Source of the DNA: Adineta vaga
Taxonomy: Eukaryota > Animalia > Rotifera
DNA length: 64,000 nt
Reading direction: 5' to 3'
NCBI GenBank assembly: GCA_021613535.1
Contig: CP075492.1
Span: forward strand, 7,006,001-7,070,000
Shown piece after piece: positions 1 through 13,100 of the stretch. The position numbers and the translations under genes were made by a program. Numbering within the stretch: the stretch's first letter is position 1; every line of letters starts with the position of its first letter. The notes under the pieces were generated by a model. That model was not told the DNA's origin, did not search any database, and saw only the letters and a list, made by a program, of their open reading frames with translations.

Positions 1-1081
1 AGTAAACCTGTATTTTTTAATTCATCTCTTGAAATATGATTATTACTACAAATTGCATGCATAAGAAATTTTTGCGAACGAGCATGATATAATTTCAACC
101 AAAGTTTATCCAAATCAACATTTTTATCATCAGGATTATTTGTTTTTCCAAGTATTAATGTTTCACACGAACTACCTGTTACAGTTGCTAAACCTTCATA
201 ACATCGACCAGCAATAATTGCTTCATAACTTCCATTTAATTTTGCTAAAGCTTCTTCAATTAAAGGAACCTTGAAAAAGAAAAAGATTTTATTCAAAAAA
301 AGAAATCAAATTCAAACCCAAAGTTGTTTTCGATGTGCCAGAGAATATGCTAAACGTTTATTTGATGTACATGGAAGACGATCATTAACGATAACTTGCG
401 TCCATTCACTATCTAAATATTTTATTAATCAATTTTTAAAAAGAAAATATTTCTTACCTTTACATAATCGAACATAATAAATTCCTTGTGGATTATATTC
501 TTTTGTAATAAGTACCTAAACATTTATTTTTTTTATAAAAAAGAATTTTTTCATAAAAAAGAATTTTTTCAAAATATATAATTTACTCTCATTAGATATT
601 TGGTTTTGGATTTCTAAAAACTGTCCATTGATTCATTGAATTTTGACTCCATTCGGATGGATTGATTTGATCAGGTCTTAACCATTGTATTTGATGATTT
701 AATGATAAATTTGTTTGTTGTTCAGGTAAAAGTGCTAATGTTGATTTCGAAAATGAATAACCATTGATATAAATCGATTGTGATGATGCTGAAAATGTTC
801 GATCATGAAATATTTGATGTGTTATTAATAAATTATAATGAAGTTTTTCGACATTTTTTAAAACAAAATCTTCATCAGATTGACGTTTCTGTTGTATTAA
901 AACACTTCGACGATAATGATTCTTTAATGGAAATTGTTTTTGTTGATTAGTCATTGGAATATAAATATTTAATTCATTCGACGTAGAATCAAAATTCAAT
1001 TGTGAATCAGTGAAATCATTTTCATTACATTCAATTAATAAATAACTTTCTTTTATTAAAAAATCAATTCGATCAATCATT
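1..1081 (-). pseudogene. Calpain-15/SOL-like (CysPc domain) gene, catalytic-Cys segment deleted and frameshifted; runs off the window start
   Basis: Spliced exons read ...WLRP..I...QWTVFRNPKP(NI*) / VLITKEYNPQGIYYVRLCK / DSEWTQVIVNDRLPCTSNKRLAYSLAHRKQLW / VPLIEEALAKLNGSYEAIIAGRCYEGLATVTGSSCE, closely matching SOL/CAPN15. The QG.LG.CW motif is absent and a stop lies at 592-594. Confidence 0.75.
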
Positions 1082-2685
1082 TTCTCCCATTCTTTACAAA
1101 TTATCAAATCAATTAAACTTAAAATAAGGATTTTATACAATATTTATTAACAAAATCTAACGTGCGACCTTTTCTTTTCAACGATATTCATGTCGAAGAA
1201 AAAAAACAAACGAAATCTTTCTCGATTTCTAATCCAATCAATGTCTTTCATGCGATATAGACAATAACATATTTTCAAGTGTTCATTTTAATGAAATTCA
1301 ATTAATAATGAATCAAACAATTGTTAGAGATATAAATAAAATACTCATATTCAAATGAATGGATTTTCAAAAAACTATTATTTTTCGCACAATATTAAAA
1401 CTTATCTAATAAGACCGTTCTTTTTTGAAAATCTATTAACTCAAGAAGGATGCACTCGTTTCCTCTTACTACCCACATGACCTCATAGGACAAAAAAACA
1501 GTAAATCGGTAATAACTCCCTCCAAAAGCGATAAGGGCACGAGCCAACTTAGGGTATTTCACTACTCACTAAGGTCTACAAAATAAAAGTAGTCCGAATT
1601 CAAAAGCTTTTTATCACCTCGAGAGATTCCCTCGCGAGACTAACCGAAAGGTATTGCACAGCTAGTATACGAAGAAGTAGTGCATGAAGTTCTTTTAATT
1701 GTCAGTCTCGCCATATTGGAGTCAGCTGAAAATGAGCGAGATATTATCTTGTCGAATAAAGACTTCAATGGATCGTATTCATACGATACTAGATTGAATT
1801 TTTTTTACGTTCGAAAACATCGTTGACATATGGTTGTCGAAATATATGATGAATAACTGATCTTGTAAAATAGCATATAATAACAATCGACTAATAATGA
1901 ATGAATTTAAGAACCAATGTGAGGAAGAATATTCACACCTAAATAATCAAATTTTTTAATTGATGTTTTATGTAATGATACATGATGACGATAGTGAGCG
2001 ATGGTTCAATTCACTGAGAACACGTAGCAAAATCTTGCATCAACAAATAAACATCATGTTTGATTATTTATTTTCTTTTTCAGTCGATTCAATCTTTTTC
2101 CTGTATACACTCACTTTATAATAGTTTTCCTTGTCAAGAAAATGAAATTCGAAAAAAAGTAGAGAGGCAACTAACATACCTGACAAATGTTGTGAAATGA
2201 AGAATAAATTGTTCCATCATATACACGTGTCGCTGTGTTTCGTAGTATTCAGATGAAGAAGACGAAAGACAAACAATATGAGAGCTCCTTTTTCTAGTCA
2301 TTGATCAAAGATAGAACAAATTCTAAACCATAACATCAATTTTTGATGCATTGTTTTACGAATCAAGATTTTACTAGTCTTATTATACATGATGCACATC
2401 ATTGCTCAGACTTAAAGACAATGAAAATCATATACTACTGATATCTAACGCTCTCTATTGGTAGCAATATCAAAGCAAGTCATTAAAAGAGATTTGTCTA
2501 TCTTTTCTTCCTATGAGTCGACAGACCTTTACAAAATCAGATTTGCTGATGAAATAAAACGAAATTAGGATGGAAAAGATCTCTCGATATTTCGTTAAAA
2601 CAAACCTAATGAAATTTCATAATTACAATAATTTTGCTATAAAAGCAAATGTATAAAAAACAAGTAAATTGATTTTAATTTAAAC

Positions 2686-4872
2686 ATGTTTAAGAATCGA
2701 TTTTATACAGGTGACAATTCTTCATCAAGTGAAGAAAATGATGGTGATACACCACAAATCAACGTTCAAAAACCCAACTTGTACGTATTTTAAAGTGAAA
2801 AAGAAAATATTTTTCGAAGTATAACGTTCTTTTATAGATTAGAAAAATGGTTTCATAGTAACAGTGATAGTGATGAAGAAGAGATTCAACATCCCGTTGG
2901 AAATATCAAAGGAAAAAGGTAATTTCATAGTTGGAATTATTACATATTTAACTTGACTATTGTAGATCCAAAGAAAATCATGTAAACCTATCAACAGCTC
3001 AACCACTCGAACAATTTCTATCGTATGTATGCACTACTTAATAATATTGTGATGAATCTTAAACTTTCATTTTGTACATATTAGTAAAAAGAAATCAACA
3101 ACTGAAAAGGAAACACTACCACGTCATACGAAGTCTCCAAAAAAACCGGAACAATCACAACCATCCGATAATATAACGGTCAACGATGATCCACAGATTG
3201 AAGATATAACTGATGCTTCCATTCTGAAGAAATTGAATGAAATTCTTTCTAAACGTAGCAAACGTGAAATTAATTATCAAGATCAATTTGAATGCTTAGA
3301 ACAACTTCGAGAACATGTCATTGAACAAAACTTAAATGTTGATAGTCTCATTCAAATTTTGATAGCTCAAATTACACTTGGTTTCGATTTTCAGCAACGA
3401 AAAAATGAATCTTCAAAATCTACTATGTGGACACGGTAAGATATTTCTTTGTATAATTATCACGTTCATTTTTCGTTCATTTTTTCAGCACACTGAATCA
3501 AATCGAAGAATTATTAAGCTATTCAACTGAAAATATCAATCGAAACGATGAAATTATCTTACCTATCATTATTCAAATGGATAAAACATTTATGGAAATT
3601 TTACGTGATATAGATGTCCATAGTCAAGAATATATTGACCGATTAAAAGATGAATCCCGTATCTCTTCAATTCTTGATCATTTTAAAATACATCTCGAAT
3701 GTATTGATAGTAGCAATGATAAAGTGTCTGAAAATCTTTGTGTTATCAATTTACATCTAATTGAACACGTTTATTATAAATACGACGCAACACCTGAACA
3801 ACCATCAATTCAATTAATTAATCATCTTTGTAAATTTATTTGCAATCATGATCAATCTAAATATTCTTTTTATCGAGCAATTCTTTGTCAAATTTATCAT
3901 TTATCATTACACAATCTTTATTACCAAGCACGTAATTTAATGCTAATGTATCATCTGCAAGATATGATTCATTCATTGGATATTTCCACTCAAATTCTAT
4001 ACAATCGTACTATGATTCAATTAGGTTTATGTGCTTTTCGTTCTGGTGAAATTCATGAAGCACATCAAGCATTAGTTGATATACAATGCAGAAATCGTAT
4101 CAAAGACCTATTGGGACAAGATGATGAAAATCGAGAACATTTATATCCATTTCATATGCATATCAATCTACAATTGATTGAATGTGTTTATTACATTTCA
4201 GCAATGCTCATTGAAATTCCATCTGTACGAAAACATCGAATTAGTAAATATTTTCATATTTTGATGTCTCAAGCTGAAAATCAAACTATTATTGGACCAC
4301 CGGAATCGATGCGTGATCATATTGTTGCTGCCTGTCATGCGTTGAAAGAAAGTAATTGGTATGAATGCGTGAACTTTTTAATCAATGATTGTATGAACCA
4401 AAAAGTACGTTTATTTTCATTTAATAAAAACAAATCTATTGATTTCTATCTAGGTATGGAAATCAATGCCGCAAAATACTGAATTATTCAAGATGTTGAT
4501 CGATAAGATTAAAGAAGCATCTTTACGAATTTATCTACTAACTTACGCCACAGTTTTCAATGATATTTCTATACTAACATTAGTTCATATGTTTGAATTA
4601 AGTAGTCAACAAGTTAATAGTATGATTGCAAAAATGATTATTGATCGAGAATTGATGGTAAGCGATTTTTTGTTGATACTGAATAGAAGAATAAATTGAT
4701 TTGTTCTTTTTAGGGATCGATCGATAAATCAACTGAATTTATTATAATGCATGAAACTAAATCATCAAGAACAGCCGAGCTATCGTATGAGCTGATGGAA
4801 AAATTATCGAAATTATATGAACAAAATGAAAAACTAAATCGTTTTCTTTTAAGAACAGTTAATAATTTTTAA
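2686..4872 (+). CDS. Divergent, shortened eIF3 subunit C paralog (PCI domain), multi-exon
   Basis: Motifs EYIDRLKDE, RAILCQIYH, QILYNRTMIQLGLCAFRSG, PFHMHINLQLIECVY, GPPESMRDH, KIKEASLRIYLLTY are characteristic of eIF3c. The exon junctions I translated join in frame, from ATG 2686 to TAA 4870-4872. Confidence 0.85.
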
Positions 4873-4965
4873 TATAAAATAAAATTTTTTTCGCTTGATT
4901 TTTTTCTTGTGTTATTTAATATATAAATCCGAAGTTTTATTTAGATGTTATATGATAGTAGATGA

Positions 4966-7103
4966 ATGATGTTTCGATTAGTTCAACACGCATTTCGTAC
5001 ATCACATCAAGTCATTAAAAGACCATTTTTATGTTCAAGTAAGTTTTTCATAGCATGATTTTCTAAAACATTTCTCTTTGTTTTCTCTAAAGATACTCGA
5101 ACGTATCTTTCCGATGCTTATCAAGCATTTGATAAATGGGATGAAACTTTATCAAGTGAAATCCTACAAAAAACCAATATTAGTATGTAGAAATTACTCA
5201 GCTCGAACTTAATTAATATCAACGTATTTTTACTCTTCTTCCCAGGTGAACTTCTAATTGATGTGGAAGATAAATTAATTCGAAAGAAATATGTTAGTTC
5301 ATTAGATATTGAAATTGTAAGTTCTCAAAGATTAGCACACTATTATATACATCGATACTATTTTAGCTTGCTGCCAAATTAACTCATGTCGATACTACTG
5401 AAGATCTTAAATTGGCAGAAACAATCCTAGAAAAGTAATAAACAGATGATTCGATGTATTTATCTCATTTGTGGTTTGTTTTAACATTTAGATTTCGTCA
5501 TACACCGGAAGCTCTAGAATTTCAACCATCATTAGCATATTCTCTTGTACGAAATTATCTTGATCTTGGTCAAAAAGAACGTTTATTACCAATTTTAAAC
5601 GAAAAAGTTCGTTTAAAAGAAAACTCAAAATAACAACTATTCATGATATATTCTTTAGGTAAAATATGGCATTTTCTTAGATCGATTTTCTGCTAATCTT
5701 TTGCTCAATGCATTTCTACTTGAAAAGAAATATAAAGGTATAAATCAATCAAATTCTTCTTCGATTTAAAAAAAGAAACCAACGAAATTAATATTTTTAT
5801 TTCCATTTCAGAAGCAGCACAGATCTGTACTGATTTAATGTTACAAGATCAAGATGATGATCAATTAACACGTGCACTTGGTTTAAATGCTTGTTATAAT
5901 TATTATTTAATAGCAACGGAAGAAGATTTTAAAAGTCAAATAATCGAAGAAGAAGATGAAGATATTGTCAAAGTTAAAGTTCAATTTGTTCGTAATATAA
6001 CGAATGATGATCATTTCGATTTGACTGATCGACGAAAATTATTGGGAAAAACAATTGCATATTTTAGTCGAGATGCAACGAATAGTCATGTTATTTCTTT
6101 ACAGGTAACATTCAGAAGAAAACAAACATATATGGAATCGAGAAAAATGTTCATTTGTTGTAGATTCTTGGTCATATTCTTTATAAAAAATTTGGTCGTG
6201 TTTGTGATGCACTTCAAACAGTATTGGATAATGATAAATTACAAATTGATGAAGGAATTGTAAGCAAAGCGATTTTTTTCTTCTACATTCTCGATTGTTA
6301 GTTGGCATTTATATAGATACAACTGTTGGAAAAAGAACTTGATGGATATGTTCATAATCCAGCAGAATTTAAAGAAAATTTACCACAAAGTCCATATCGA
6401 CGATTAGAATTGATTCCAGAAGCTGCTCGTGATATTATCAAAGTATTGAAATTGAAATTCTCTCAAAGAATAGATATAAAATATCATGTTATTTTAGGAA
6501 AAATTATTACCAAAACTTCGTCAACAAAATAAAATTGTTTCATTAGATCTTAAACAATTTGTTGAGACAAATCTAGTTGAACAAGCTACACTTGCTGATC
6601 AACGTGATACATCAAAACATGAACAACAAATAACTATTTGGGCACGCGAACGACAAGAACAACTTGATGATCAAATTCATCGTTTTGTTATTGAACAGAA
6701 AAAACTAAATCTTATGGAACGTCTTCGTCTATTAGAAGAACGTGATGAATTATTAAGTTTCTTTGAAAATGAATCACGTATTGTTATGCATACACACGAA
6801 AAGGAATTTGCTGATGAAAGTTTTGAAAGTACTCGTGCATCAGGTGAACATGAGTACTTTGAATTAGCTCGTGAACATTATCATTGGAATCGTATGGAAC
6901 CACGTCGATCATTACATTTAGACAAGAAATTACGTGATGAAGAAATGAGTGAGATACGTACTTGGTCACCATATAAATATCTTGCAGAAAATTGGAAATA
7001 TGATTTGGTAGATTATGTTCCATTAAATGAAAAAATGAGACGTCGAAAAGAAGATTTACCACCAAGTGGAAAACCTCCATATCACAAACAATTCTTTTTC
7101 TAA
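4966..7103 (+). CDS. MRPS27: Mitochondrial ribosomal protein S27 (PPR protein), multi-exon
   Basis: Presequence-like N-terminus; VSSLDIEI, KFRHTP, LVRNYL, KVKYGIFLDRFSANLLLNAFL..K.YKEAA, DDHFDL..R.LLGKT motifs. Confidence 0.8.
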
Positions 7104-7873
7104 TAGATCAGTTTTTGTTTTTCGTTTCCTATGGTTGTTTTCTACATGTAGCAAAATAAAGTGAAGAAAAGTACTTTGTTCAACACACATACTGTTCTAT
7201 TTCTTTTTCTTAACAAGAAAATCATTTCTACATATATACGTATATGTTTATGTATCGAATATAGAACAGAAAGAAAATATCTCGACTGTTATAATAAAGA
7301 TTTTTATGGCTTTGTCATGCTTTTCAATGATAATTATATTCTGTAGTTGATTCGTATAGTAAACAAACATTTGAACATCGATGATAAAATTTTTCAATTA
7401 CAAATCATTCTTGACGTCAACAACTAAAATTGAATATTTTACAATCAATGCAAGGAAGAAAACTGAGCCTTATGTGCTTCGAATTCGAAGTTTAATTGAA
7501 GTATGAGCGAGTATGGAGGTCTTACTTTTCCCATATACTCCAAACTCAAATCGACTCTGGTGTCATACATTTAATATATTCGTTTATGTTAAGATTCGCC
7601 AGCAATCGAACAATAATAAAGTTTTTCCACCTAGAAAATATCTATGATTAGGAAAAATGAAGCAAACTTATTTATATTTGGTTATGCACTATATATTCAC
7701 ATTCAAATTTATATGTCCTGATCAGTTATGGCGACGCCATCTTTTTAGTTTCTTCTAAGCATCAGGTGAAGTCATTACACAACTAACAGTAGCGGAATAA
7801 AGAAAAAAGACGTAGCAATATATTTGATCAAAAACAAGTGAACAATAACGCATAGCATATCAGTATTAAAATT

Positions 7874-9470
7874 ATGTTCACATTTACTATATTACCCATC
7901 GAACTGGTCTATCGAATTCTCGACCAGCTATCCAATTTTGATTTGTTTTGCTCGATGCAAAATGTGTGCCATAGATTCAATCAAATTCTCGATACGTACC
8001 ATCGATATCAGGTAAATCGATGCACTTCGATTATACGAATCAAATCTTTATCCTCATAAAGAAAACACCCTACCGTTCAATGTATTAAGTAGTAGTCAAG
8101 TTAGGTGATTAGTCATTTATCTATTGAAGCAAGATCAGTCGCCCATTATATTCAGTGTTCGATAACAAAAGAACAATGCTAGAGGTTGTTTTATATAAGT
8201 TAGCATAAAACTTTAATTTATCACAAGTTCAAATGTATTCATAGATTGCTGTAGAAGTCAAATCGCGCATTGATTTCAGAGATACGTCATACGAGAAACT
8301 TCATCATTTATACTGTAAAAAATGGGCGTAGAATAATGATCCTTTTAAAAAGTATACGAAAGAGTCTATGCCAGAATTTATTAGATTAATAAAAACTCTT
8401 GAAAGCTTTATTATTCAAAGCCTATTTTTTACAATGCACTAATATAGCATGCAGGGGTACCTGATAAACGAGTATGAAGTATAATATCGACGGAGTTTTT
8501 CCAAGAAGTATCATAGTACACGAGAACTATATTTAGACAATACCATATATTCATGAGATATTTACAAAAATTCTTCATTGCTCTAACGATAATATCCATC
8601 GACGTTCATTTTTATACGAATTAAATTCGTTCTCAAAACAAAGATTTTACCACAAAATAAAGTTATCCATCATATGATTTAGGTACTCGATTACAACCGC
8701 AATGACAGATTTTTGACGTTGTCAACACGTCTTTCATAAACTATCAAGATCTTTTCAACAGATTCTTTCCATTTAAAATGAATAAATCAATGAATGAAGA
8801 GACGACACTCTCAACCACTAAATAATCGCAGGTCGCATTACACATTTTTCAACATTGAATCTTATTTCATTACAGCAACTATTGAAGATGACTTCGGACG
8901 TTCATCCTCAAAAACAAGTTCTATCTTACTTCAGAATAATACTTTCCAATAATGAGCTCTCCAATGGCTCGGTCGATGTCGATTATTACTCGCAGTTGGA
9001 GAGAAACAGATAAACAACTGATTTCTCTCTAAATTTCGACATCTACTGCTAAAATTCTTGAAAAGAAACTATACTATACCGAGCAAGCCATGATCTACTA
9101 CTGAATTGCACAAAATAATCTATTCAATCACTACTAATTTTATCCAACTAAAATTCCCATGATCGCTCATTAAATCCTGCAAGATTCGCTAACGAGTAGT
9201 GAATACCCAAACATAACTTTTGTTACCTGACCATATCTCATCGTGAATGTTTTGTATCTTAAAATACCAAGCATATGCATTTTGCTAAGAAAGCGCACCT
9301 AAATTAAATAAAAGATGCCTCAAAAACCAGCTCACTTCCTTATCGAGTCACATTTTACATTCCTCTTCTTTTTATACCTATCCAATCGTTGACTAATCTA
9401 AATACTAGGCTAGAGTAAATCAGCTAGCCAGAAGCTCAGCACTTGACTGATGCTCTCCGAGTGAACAGAG
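7874..9470 (+). pseudogene. Decayed F-box + RI-like LRR gene
   Basis: Intact F-box exon (LPIELVYRILDQL...SMQNVCHRFNQILDTYHRYQ|gt). Only eroded LRR-exon remnants follow (e.g. EAQHLTDALRVNR|gt near 9430-9470). Confidence 0.5.
8311..8436. mobile_element. Possible decayed MITE (126 bp)
   Basis: Imperfect 17-bp terminal inverted repeats, tactgtaaaaaatgggc / gcctattttttacaatg (14/17 match). No clean TSD. Confidence 0.3.
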
Positions 9471-9728
9471 TAATGTTGATTATGTTTTGCTCTATATTGA
9501 ATATTCATTTAACTTTAACTTTTCATTCAGATTTGTGACATTCAGTATTGATTGCCTAGGTATACAGTGTTTGATCGCTGGATGGATGCATGACATGTTT
9601 TTTTATTGGTATGTTATGACACATTCGTTTGGTTCAATGTGGGGTAGGTGAGGGTGTGACTGAGAATGTTGGATGTTAGTGAGGACACATTATATATCGG
9701 TGTCCAAACTGTCACCCTCACCCATTTG

Positions 9729-9798
9729 GATGTATCTAAAGAGTTAGTCTATTTTTGACTTTTATGATGTTAATCTGGAACAATCAAGTTAAGTATGA
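9729..9798 (+). repeat. ~70-bp direct repeat, copy 1 (copy 2 at 17737-17805)
   Basis: gatgtatctaaagagttagtctatttttgacttttatgatgttaatctggaacaatcaagttaagtatga recurs with only a few differences at 17737. Confidence 0.9.
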
Positions 9799-10100
9799 TA
9801 GTGACCAATAATGAGGTGGAATAAATTTCAGAGAATGCCGTTGATAAAATAAGAGCGCTTAAATATGCGTTTCTAAAATTATATGTGAATTTAAATTTTA
9901 CATATCGTAATATTAGTTTTCACTCGATAAATGATCGAACAGTGAATGTGATTAGAGACAATCCTTGTATTATTTTATTTGGAGAAAATGAAATAAAACC
10001 ATATGGTTAAAATAATATATGATAGAGAAAAAGATTTCATTGACAATATTATATATTGAAATTGGATGCTACTTAGATAAGGAATTTACACTCTGAAAAT

Positions 10101-13100
10101 CTAAACATTATCACTTCTCATGAATGTTTTATAAAATGGCACAGAGATATTTGTGGGATAATATTTATAAACCATGTAAAATATCATCAGTAAAACAATA
10201 TTTTGAAGACCGTAATAGATAAATTTACACATAAGAGTATTTTGTTTAAGATATTGAATAATAGGATGTAAGCCTTCTTCACTATGAGTTTCAAATGGAT
10301 TATAATCGTTTCCGAAATACCATTTCATGAAACGATAATAAATACGAATTGGTGTGAAGAAACGTTGCAATGTATTTGGTGACACTCCATAACTAAATAT
10401 AGTGAAAGAATTATTAAGTAGAAGTCAATTCGAATGAGACTGATATCGTCATAGAAAAAACTATATGAAGTATACCTGTCAGAAAAAACCGATGTTGATA
10501 TATTATTAACAAATAAAGAACCACTCATGGTCAGTGGCGAAAAGAAACCAAGACGAGAAGCAGTTGTAATGTTTTTGATTGCTACTTTTCGATTAAATAC
10601 AATTAGATGATGCTTTATGGTTACTTTAGATGCGCGTAAAAATTTGATTTGATTAGTTTTCGGATCATAAATAGGGATATTATGAGTTTTTGTAAGACTA
10701 ATTTCATTTCCATCGATGGTTTCGATTGTATAAAACATATCTGAAATATCAAAAGAAAATCAACCGTAACTGAATCATATGATCAGTGATACTGACCTGA
10801 TTGATATGGTTCGTTGTGCATCATTAAAATAATTTCATCTTCAATGAATGAATTTTCATCTATATTGAGTGACCAAACTCGATCTCCGACTTTTAATTTT
10901 TCAATATAACGTTGTCCACCCTCAACGAGATTTATTTTATCTTTCCCATAATAACATCCACCACCTAAAATAGAAGACAAATATTCTCCATAACACATTC
11001 TACTAATCAAGATATATAAAGATATTTTGCATATGGATATAATGACATTAGTATGTAGTTTGATTAAAATTATTATATACCTGCTTGTTTTCCACAATCT
11101 GGTCCAGTCCATCCCCGTGGACAAGCGCATCCACCTGGAGTTACACAGACGCCACCATTTTTACATCCTTGGTTACAAACAGCTGAAATATTGAATTTAA
11201 CAAAATATATTGCTTTTCAAAGTAGTGTTATATAATGAAAAGGATTACGTACGCTGTGTGCAATCGTTCCCTTTCCATCCTGTCGGACATATACAGGTTC
11301 TACTACTCGAGCATGTACCTCCATTTGAACATACTGGACTACAAATAGCTAAAACATAAAAAAATTAACGTTTGGTAAAACTTAAAGTCATTGTTTTCAA
11401 AGTTTTGATTACATACGCGATTTGCAATTTGATCCTGTCCATCCTGATGAACAAGAACAAACATCAGGACTTTGACATACTCCTCCATTTAGGCATGAAG
11501 TTGTGCAGATAGCTAAAATATAACACATAAGACTACGAAGACATTCAATGAAAGCTAGCAAATACTTAACTATAAGTTAATATTGTATTTACGCTCTTAT
11601 CATTCTTATGAATATTACTTACGTATTTCACAAGTGGATCCTGACCATCCTGACGGACAACTACAAACTCCAGGAGAAGTGCACACAGCTCCATTTCGGC
11701 ATTGAGCTTTGCAAACAGCTAAAATACAGAAGAACGATTTTTGTTTTGCACTATATCTTGACTAAATGAAATCATAACTTACGAGTTTTACAATCTGATC
11801 CACTCCAATCTGCTGTGCATTGACATACACCAGGACTTTGACATATTCCATTATTTGAACATTCAGGCAAACAGATCGCTAGAATCACAAAATATGAATA
11901 GACATTAAATAGAACTTGATTTCAGATTTTCTATGGCAATATTCCTTACCTATTGCGCAGTTTGGTTGCTTCCATCCTGTTGGACATGAACATACTTCTG
12001 GTGATACACATATACCGTTGTTCAAGCAGCCTTCCGAACAGATAGCTAAAAGTATTATATTACAACTATTTATCGAATATTATGAATAATTTACAACACA
12101 TGAAAAGGTTTCGATTCAAATTCGCATTCTTGATATACATTACGTACCAGTTTTGCAATCTGTCCTTTCCATCCTGTTGTACAAGTACAAACTCCAGGAC
12201 TTGAGCAAATACCATTTGAACAAGGTGTTGAACACACGGCTAAATAAGTTTATTGATTGAACAGAAAATAATGAAATAAAAACTGATCGTTTCGGTAAAA
12301 AATGATTCTGTACATACGTGTTGTACAATGTGAATCGGTCCAGCCAGATGTGCAGTTACAAACACCAGGACTTATGCATGAACCATTATTTTGACAGAGG
12401 GAAAAACAGACAGCTAGAAAGGAAAATACATATTTCACATAGACATATGGTCTTATGAATTGATTCCGAACAGATACATACGAATTGAACAATCTGATCC
12501 ACTCCATCCTGACATACAAGAACACTTGTTGGGAGCCGCACATGACCCATTATTCAAACATGGCGAAGTACAAATAGCTAAATTAGAAGAAATGCGATTT
12601 ACATGTGATATGCAGTTACCAAAACATATAGATAGAATTCATGAATTGTAAGTAGATATACTAACGGTTTGCACAGTCTGGTCCATTCCATCCTGAAGCA
12701 CAGGTACATGTATTCGGTGATGAACAAGTACCATTATTCAAGCATCCATTTGAGCAAACAGCTAAAAATAGTAAAAATCAATTAAGAACTAGAATCGTGT
12801 ACATTTCTGATTTATAAGCATTAATACATACGAGTTGAGCAGTCGGGACCATTCCATCCGGACGTACAAGTACAAACATTCGGTGAAGAACAAGTACCAT
12901 TATTCAGACATGGCTTTGAGCAAATAGCTAAAAGAGAAAAATATATTCACTCAGAACTTCTCATTCGTCTAACATTTATACATACGTTTTTGGCAACTTA
13001 CACCTTCCCATCCTGCTGTACAGTTACAAACTTCTGGATTTGAGCAAAAACCATTCGAGCAAGGTATTGAACATATTGCTAAAACAAGAAAAACGAAATA

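Noticed and set aside
1362-1433. 13-bp perfect inverted repeat (gattttcaaaaaa)
   Set aside because: Low-complexity AT-rich sequence with no TSD or second copy; plausibly chance.
1430-2600. Slightly GC-richer intergenic DNA, possibly a transposon relic
   Set aside because: No recognisable transposase or RT motifs and no clear termini.
10101-11130. Hint ORFs as a true hedgehog gene or an intein
   Set aside because: No Hedge domain lies upstream (EGF exons instead). There is no intein-terminal HN-C/S/T motif or endonuclease, and an SRR-like tail follows.
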